From the NCBI GenBank assembly GCA_002368735.1, contig DFEQ01000006.1, forward strand, positions 1 to 45,637: a stretch of DNA of 45,637 nucleotides. The letters run 5' to 3'. The translations under genes were made by a program, and so were the position numbers. This document shows, piece after piece, positions 22,401-31,400 of this stretch (position 1 is the first letter of the stretch; each line of letters starts with the position of its first letter). Origin of the DNA: Christensenella sp. UBA3798. GTDB taxonomy: Bacteria > Bacillota > Clostridia > Christensenellales > CAG-1252. The notes beneath the pieces are model-generated. The model was not told the DNA's origin. It saw only the letters and a list, made by a program, of their open reading frames with translations, and made no database searches.

Positions 22401-25400
22401 CTTGACGGGCTGGTCTATCGGCGCCAATATCTACTTCAAGAAGAACGAGGCATCCGAGCGCGACGAGATCGGCACGAGCGCGGACAATAAAGAGTGGATG
22501 GGCTTGACCCTCAAGATACACGACCTCGAAGCCTTCGTGGGTGAAAATGAGAGTTTGACCCGTTATGCGCGCACCGACGCCGAAAAGAGCGCCGTCATCG
22601 TGATGCCCGACGCCGTGAAAGCGTCGGAAAACGACGCCAAGGCGAACTATAAGTTCACGCCCAAGCGTTACAGAGGCTACGCCAACACTAATTACGATAC
22701 CTATAAGTCTCTCACGCGTTACAGCAATATCATGGAGATAGACGTCCTGAACGTCAACCTCGTGGGCGAGATGGTCTTTGACCTCAAGAATCAGACGGAT
22801 TCCGAGTACAAGTCCAATCAGACCTTGAAGTTCTTCAACGCCTTGATAGAGGAGATGCTCGGCTTGGAAGCGGGCTCCTTCAACGTGGTGCGTCACGTGG
22901 AGAATACCTGGACCTTCACCGTCAACTTGGATCTCAACTTGAACTTTGAGGACTTCTCCAAGACCCAGCTGAAATTCCAGCTCATCATGAACGACGGCAT
23001 CAGTAGCGACCTCACGCTGGCGGCGATCTATTACGACGGCGCCTCCCTTAGCGAGGACGGCGGTAAGCTGTATCTCGACGTGGCGGACCTCGGCCTCATC
23101 AAGGTGCGCGCCACCGGCGTAAACCTCGAGCAGGCGCTCTCGCAGGTCCTCGACGTGGACCTCTCGAGCGGCAACCTCTCTATCTTGAAGGACGCCTTTG
23201 GCGTGCAGTCTCTCGGCGAACTTATCACCAATAAAATAAAGGAGAGCAAGAACGTCACCGCGCAGGAAGAAAACGAGCAAGAAGAGGAGGAAACCGCGGG
23301 CGCGGCGTCCATCGATTACGCCGCCGACCTCAAGATCGTCCTCGAAGCGCTCGCCTTGCAGGGTAGGACGCAGACCCCCTACAAGCTCAGCATGAAGGTC
23401 AACGGCGCCCTCATCGAGCGCTTGGTCGGTGCCTTCGGCTGGGATGAGAACATCGTGGGCAAGGCGATGGAGCGCGTGGGACTCCCTGAGGACTTCTCGG
23501 CGACTATCGGCTTTACGCTTGACGAAGGACTGAAGGATATCGGCGTCGATATCGTCGCCCCCGACACCTTGTCCGGCGGCGGCTCGAGGAGTAACGACAT
23601 CTCGGTCAAGCTGACCACGTTCAAGTACGACTATACCTCTTCGGCGGAGTCGATGTTTGCGGCAAATCAGTTCGACGATTACAGCGCCCTCCCGATGGGC
23701 GGCTCTATCGGACTCGCCAACCACAACGGCGAGAGCTGGGTCGGCATGCTCGTGGAGAGCGTATTGAACGGCTTGTATCCGCCCGCTGCGTCAGTCGATT
23801 CGGGCGGCAATGAGACTTTGACGGCGGACGCCTTACGCGTAAAGCTCACCCATAATACCCACTATACCGACAAGAACGCCGTCCTCGTCACCGATCAAAA
23901 GAGGAATATCGTCATTCAACTCTCGCGTGACGACTCCGAGGGCAAGTTCCCGCACTCTTTGAGGGGCACGGTATTCGACGTTATGACCGACTTTACCGAA
24001 ACCCCCGGTCTTACCGACATCGCTCAGAACGCCGTGGAGATCTACAGCGAAAACTACTTAGCCATCGCCGACCTTTTGAAGAACATCGCACAAATGTTTG
24101 TCGGACACATCGACAGGATATCGGTCTACTACGTGGACGGCAATCTCAAGTTGCGCGTCGGCTTTAAGATCTCCATCTTCGGCTTGTCGTTATTGACTTG
24201 GGACGAGAATGACGGACTGGACTTCACCTTTAACGTCTATCACATGGATATCTCCGATATGATGTCGGGCAAGGCGAAGAAGAGCAAATACGACGAACCC
24301 GATGAGATCAAGAGCGATGGTGACGACGACGAGACCATTACCCTCGAAGATATCGAAGCAGCCAAGGAGCATCCCGTCACCAAGGTGACGCTTAACCTCG
24401 GCTACGGGCACATAGACGATACGACGGGCACGACGATGGAGAAGTCCAAGCAGGACACCGCGGAAGGACTCGCAGGTGAAAATCCCGCGACTGTCAGCAA
24501 CCTGCGCATTGACTTTGACGCGCTCGTGATCAGAGAGCTCACGCAGATGCTCAACTCCGCGGCGCTCAGCCTCGGCAAATCGCATAGTACCGTCGCGTCG
24601 CGCGCAACCTACGGCACCTATCAGATGATGCTCGGCATGATAAAAGACGCCATCAAAGGACTCATCAAAAAGCTCGGCGATAACACCGTGGTCAATGCGC
24701 TCGCCAGCGTAGCGGGTTCGGCTGCGGCGGCGCTTGCCGATAATGTTCTCGGCGACCAGGTCATCCACTTGCTGGCAAAACTCCTCCCCTTCGTGGAACC
24801 CGCCAAGGGCGACAGCTGCTACTTGATGGTGGAATTCGATACCAACAATAAGGGAAGCGGCAAAGTGCTTATCCGTAAAGCCCTCTTCCGCGCCTGCAAC
24901 GCCAAGACGGGCGAGTATTCGCAGATCGTGCTCACCAACGCGGGCATCCGCCTCGGCGTGGTGGACGAAACGCGCGTGACGATAGAGTTCAACGGCAAGA
25001 CCGAGCGCACCTTGACCGACGTCTTCAATGTCGACCTCGACGGCAACGGCGTGGCGGATTATCTGCAAGACCTGCCCAAGGAGGCGTCCGTCTACTATAA
25101 GCCCGGCACCACCAATGCGGACGACAAGCCCGACGACGTCAACATCGTCTGGACGGACAGCACCTTCGTCATCGACCCGACGGGCGGCGTCACCACCCCC
25201 ATCGCGAGACCCAAGGACGGCAGTGATAAGATAGCCACCAGCTACAATATCATCGGCACTATCCTCAATTACAATAAGTACGTGCCGCTCAACGTGCCGT
25301 ACAGCGCAGTGCGCCTTGTCAAATACGCCACGGTCGCGGGCGAGACCACGCCGCTTATCAAGGGCGAGCATATCGAACTGCCCATGCGCATCACCCCCGA

Positions 25401-28400
25401 TATGGTAAAGACGCTCGACACATATCTTCCCAAGGTCATTATGGTCTATATGACCGACGGCTACGGCGAGAACGGTCTGTACTATACCTTCGACGGCAGG
25501 GAGGAAGGCGGCAACGTGGTCAAGTGGGATTACAGCGGCGTGTCGGATAGTTACGACGGCGGCTCCTACATCCTCAACCTGACCTTTGGCGACGGCAACA
25601 CCAAGAACTATCATATCGAGGTGCCCATCGAGGTCATCCCGCAGAAACTCTCCGCCATCAACGCCTTTGCCTATTCCGATGACGAGAATAACAAGATCAT
25701 CGGCAACAGCCTGACCTACGAAGCGGGCGAGAAGCCCACCTTGCCCGACCGCGTATACGCCGAGTTCGGCACCTTGGGCAGCAAGCTGTACGAGATACGC
25801 TGGGTGGAGAGCGAGTTTACCTCCAAGTACGCGGGCGCTACCTATTATACGAGCGCGTATATAGGAAACAGCGAGATAGGCTACCACCTATACGAGAATA
25901 TCCCCATCGTCTTCAAGAGCAAGGTCATCGCGGGCTATAAGTTCGTGTGGCAGACCGAAGACGGCTATACCGAGGAAGGTCAAGACCTCGTATTCGACCC
26001 CTATGAGATAAACGAGAAGGACGGTAAGCCCGCCGCTCTCAGCCTGCACAGCTATCCGCGCTACGTCAGGTTCTGTTTCGAGGGCAACGTAGACGCCACG
26101 GGCGCACCCATCTATGAAGACGACTATAGTATCGTCGAGTGGAACGTCGAAAACGTCGTCAACAGCTACACGGGCAACAACAGTTCCTACGCCATCTTCC
26201 GCTACGGCGACGAGAATATCGGATATCAATACGTCAAGGTGCTCGTCACCATCAAGGAGATGATATTCACCTCCTCGATGCTCAAGAACAGCGAGATGAA
26301 GATCATCACCGACGTAGACCCGATGTATCTGTACGTGGATAGGGAAAAGGGCGAAAACCGCGTGATGGTGGTGGGTCTCGGCTCGAGCAAAGTGTATAAT
26401 TACGACCCCACCGACCTCAAGAACTATCCCACCTCGGTCACCGTGTACTACGGCACCGAGGAAAATGAGAAGCGCACCTTCTCGGGCGATGACGTCAGCT
26501 GGGATACCTCGGGCATCGTGGTCAGCTACAAGGGCGGCGTGCAATACGCTAAACTCCGCATCGGTAACGAGGCGGGCGGCTATCAGGTGATAAACGTGCC
26601 CATCACCATCGAGGATAGGACCATCAGCGCCATCGACCTCTCGATGATAAGGGATAAGTACGAATTCGACCCCTACCTTGAGGACGTCGGCGACAGCAAG
26701 TTCTATCCGACCAACCCCTACGGCGCCACCAAGACGGCGATAGTGGTCTTCTCGGCGCAGACGGCGCAGGCATACCCGATGACTTGGGACTTGTCGGGCC
26801 TTGAGCAGAGCTACAAGGGCGGCACCTCCACGGTGTACGCTCGCGTGGGCAGCGACGTGGCAGGCTGGCAGATGGTGCCCTTTACCGTCGTCGTGAAGGA
26901 GAGGATCATCGATAAGATGCAGATCGAGGCGTTCGTCTTTGACCCCTACGACTCTTCCGTCGACCCCTTGGTCGTGGACAGCGAGGATTCTCCCTATCCC
27001 ACGAGCGCCATCGCGGTGTTCAAGGACGATTCCACCCACCGCTTCAGCAACTTGAAGTGGGATATCTCCGAGGTCTATAAGATATGGAACTACAAGGGCG
27101 GCGAAGGCTTTGTGGTCGTCAAGTTCGGCAACGAATACGGCGGCTATCAGACCTACAAGGTGCCCGTCAAGGTGGAGTGCCGCGAGATAGCCACGGTGGA
27201 TATCAACGAGGGCAATATCATCACCTTTGACCCCTACGGCGGCATCGACCCGCGCCTCGAAGAGAACTACTATAAGAAGGTCAACGTGACCTTTAGTAGC
27301 GGCGAGAAGGGCGTTGTGGACGTCATCTGGGACCTCAGCAACGTCATCAATAACTACCGCGGCTACAAGGGCGGCGAACACTCCGTATCCATCCGCGTTG
27401 GCAACAGCGTGTGCGGCTATCAGAATATCGGCGGCATCACCGTGAAGATACTCAATCGCGAGATCGTCCGCGAGATCATCGGGTCTTCCATTGGCACGCA
27501 GAAGATAGACGTCTATGCCGATATCGACCTCGCGACGACCGTGACGGTCACCTTCTCGGACGGCTCGCAGCGCACCATGCCTGTCACCTGGATCAACGAG
27601 AACTACCGCACCGACATCAACGCCCCGGACTTCCCGAACTGGAACGAGGAGAAGGATATCGACGAACAGACCGACTTCACCGCGGACGCGCGTATCGGCG
27701 ACTCCATCGGCGGATATCAGATCGTGCCCGGGGTGCCTGTCAGGGTGTATAAGAGGGTGGCGCAAAAGCTCTTTATCGACAACGTGCAATGGTCTAAGAC
27801 AGAGGACGGCAAGATGGTCATTGACTACGCCAACCACTACTTCGTATTCGACCCGTACGACGGCAAGATGGAGCTCCCCTCCACGGTGCAGATCTTCTTT
27901 GACGACGGCACCGATACCTACATGAAGGCGGTGTGGGATACTTCAAACGTCAAGATGGACCTCGCGGGCGGGGTGTACGGCGGCTTCAACTCCGAGACCA
28001 CGGGTGCTATCCTCCGCCTCGGTAACGCGCGCACCGGTCACATCGAGATAGAATTCATGGTGGTGGTCAAGAACCGCGAAGTGGTCGTCAAAGGCAGCGA
28101 CACCGCGCATCCCGTCGCGCAGATATTCACCTACGACACCACGACGGGCGAGAAGGGCGAACTCTTGTCCTCCATCGTCAACGATCCTTACCTCGGCTCG
28201 GGATTCCCGAACACCGTGTATCTGGAATTCAAGAGCACCGGCATCCCGGCGCTCACCCGTTCGGAAGGCATGGCGAAGACCATCGGCAACTGGAATATCG
28301 AGTACGTATTGGATGCCGATGGCAATAACGTGCCTGTCCGCGCATCCATCAAGCTCGGTAGTGCCAAGGCGGGCTACGAGATCTACTACTTCGACGTGAC

Positions 28401-31400
28401 CACGGTCTATCGCAAGATAACCGTACCCGACGACGTCGTCGTGGAGGTGAATCCCTATCAAGTATCGCTCCCCGCTACCTTGACGGTGAACGTGGGCGGC
28501 GCAGTCAAGTATAATTCCGCGACGGGCAAGTACGAGGCTCTGCCCGTATCCGTCTGCGGCTGCGAGAGCTGCGTTGGCTACTGCGGTACCGTTGACCCCG
28601 TCACGGGAGAACTCACCTTGACCGACGATAACTGCACCTGCGCAAAGTGCAAGTCTTACCTCGTCACCTTGAAGGCGGATTGGAGCAAGACGACCATCGA
28701 CTACTCCTATCCCGTCGTGAATCAGCTTGAAGGCAACTACATGGTCGTTGCGGAAAGGGTCAGCATCGGCAACCGGAACTGCGGCTATCAGGAGTGCAAC
28801 GTGAAGGTGGTCGTCCTCAATAAGAGGGTGCAGTCCATCTCGGTAGAGGAATTCGACATCGACCCGTACGACTATCGCACGCTCCCCTCGTCCACCAACG
28901 TGACCTTCCTTGACAATACCTCGGGCGAACTGCCTCTCGCGGCGAATATCGCAAGCGCCGTCAAGGACGCCTCCAATACCAATACCAGCTTCTACCAAGG
29001 CGGCAAATATACCGTCAAGGCATACCTCGGCGATAGGGTGGGCGGCTATCAAGAATTCAACATCACCTTGAACGTCAAGGATAGGACGATAGCGAAACTC
29101 GAGATAGACGGCGCCATCGTGGCGGGCGAAGAGGACGCTACGATGGATATCAAGCCCTACGCTGACGGCGGCGTGACCAAGCGTCCCGACAAGATGATAA
29201 CGGCGGTATTTACAGACGGCTCCAAGGCGGAACTCAAGGCGCTGTGGAACAGCATCCACATCGAGTACACCTTCGAGGGCGGCTATCAAGAGGCGCTCGT
29301 GCTGCTCGTAGGCAACGCCGAGGGCGGATACCAGAAGGTGCCCGTAAACGTCAGGAACCTCAAAGCCGTGGCGACTTCCGCCACCGCAGAGGATGGCTTC
29401 CTCTACAATACCTTTATGGAAAGGAGCGGTCTCCCTGACAAGGTGGTCGTGACCTTTACCGAGGACAGTTACCTGTCCGTTATGACTCTCGCAGTCGTCG
29501 AATGGGCGGAGAGCGGCGTCATCGACGACGAGACCCGCACCTACGTGACGATGGCAAAGATTGGCGACGACGTCGCGGGCTATCAATGGGTCAAGGTGGT
29601 ATTGCCACTTGCCGAGATAGAGCTGCGCGCGGTGCTCGGCGCGAAGTATGAGATAGACGCCTACGACGACCTTGCCTTCTCGGAGGACGGCAGGTTGCTC
29701 AGCGCAAGCGGCGGCTACTTCACCGTAAGCGGACAGATCGGCGAAGAACTCACGCAGTCCTTGTACGTCAAGCTGCTCGAAACCCCTGTCTATACCTTTG
29801 AGGGCGCCGAGGGCGAAAATGCGCTCTTTATCAAGATCGCGGTGGGCAACGCGCTCACGGGATACTTCTCCGAGACCTCTACGGGCGAAGAGATAAAGCT
29901 CACCTTGACTGTCAGACCTCGCGTCGTCAGGGCGCTCATCGCACCCGACGGCGAGACCGAGCTCAAGGAGTACTTCACGGGGCTCAAACTCGATCCCTAC
30001 GATATGCCGAATATCGTGACGGGCGGCAAGATAGCCGCGCTCATCGACGGCGGCGCCGTAGTGGATATCGACATATTCTCGGTAAGCTACAAGAAGGCGG
30101 GAGACAGTGACTACAAGAACTACGTCTCCTTCACGGGCGGCAGCTACGATATGAAGATAGTTGTGGGCAACGCCCTGCATGGCACGCAGGAGATGATATA
30201 CTCTATCACCGTCGCGCCCAAGATCATCGCCTCGGTGGACGAACTCACCGACAAGGTGGTAGACCCCTACGAATATCGCCTGCCCAAGGAGGTCAACGTG
30301 ACCTTCACTGACGGCGGCAGGGCTAAGCTCTCGGTGGTGTATAGGACCTTGAACGAGGCGGGCAAGAAGGTGCCCTTCGGCGATGAGAACATCGTGTATT
30401 CGGGCGGCTCCTTCGACGTCTATGCCATCTTTGACCTCCACGGCTTCCAGCAGGAATACTTGTTTAAGCTCGTGGTCAATCAGAGCTTCGTGGATTCTAT
30501 CGGTCCCGGCATGCTCATCGAGATAGACCAGCTGGACGGCACCCTCACCTTGCTTGACGAGATAGAGCTCATCATCTCGGGCGAATCTGTCCGCAAGAGC
30601 GCCGATAAGGGCGATTGGACGATCACCTCCGGCGCGGACGGCAAGTATCACATCACCCTCCCCGAGGGTGGCGACCCGGGCAGTTGGGACCTCTCCGAGG
30701 TGGACCTCGGCTATATGGGCGGCACCTATTACGCCTACTACAGATACGGCAATGCCGCGGCGGGATATCAGCTCGTGCAGGTGCCTGTGGTCGTATCCGA
30801 AAAGGTCATCGACTACGACAAACTGCAATACGTCGCTTCCTCGAGTGCGGGCAGTATGACCCTCGCATCCTTCGGCAATCCGAGGGAGATAACGGCTGCC
30901 GTGGGCGAATACTTCGAGCTCCCGACGGATCTGTGGGTGGTCTTTAAAGACGGCACGCGCATGCAGAAGCACGTCGAGTGGGACGGCTCCAAGGTGGACC
31001 TCACGAGGACGGGAAGGTACGAGATCACCACCACCGTGCTCGAGCAGACCATCACCGCTTACCTCACCATCACGGAGAGCAGGAAGGTGATGGGCGACGA
31101 CGTCTTGGACGTCGTGGTCGCTTCGCGCGGCGGAGTATACAGCTTGCCCACGACCATCCGTCAGAATATCTACCTGCGCACTACGTCGGGCAGCTACAAC
31201 CTCGCGCCCGAACCTGCGCCCGCCAAGGCGATCGTTTGGGATAGAAAGCCCTCCACCGCGGTGGAAGATAAGTACTACTTGGTGGGTACCGTATCCAACG
31301 GAACCTTCTCCTGGACGAGGACCATCACCCTCTACGTGTACAGCACTTACGTGAGCTACGTCGTATCGACGTGCGAAAGCAGGGCTCTCGGCACCGCGGC

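Larger units (their letters stand above)
1789..24141 (+). repeat. About 21 diverged copies of an unrecognised beta-rich module (intragenic protein repeat)
   Basis: A three-strand signature recurs: [KR][ST][EQ]L.[LV].[LV] ... [LIV]..[IV]YY.G ... [LV]Y[LIV][DN]. The YY-type anchors I located by hand are at nt 1792, 2656, 3994, 4816, 5662, 6460, 7471, 8341, 9157, 10459, 11320, 12175, 12940, 13765, 16357, 17608, 18841, 20542, 21910, 23029 and 24127. Eleven of the 20 spacings are 255-290 aa. The longer spacings contain recognisable insertions. Confidence 0.75.

Noticed and set aside
25030-25071. EF-hand or dockerin-like loop VDLDGNGVADYLQD.
   Set aside because: It is a single copy with non-canonical residues at positions 8 and 12. 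Dockerins carry paired loops with flanking helices, so this is insufficient to call a dockerin or a Ca-binding domain.
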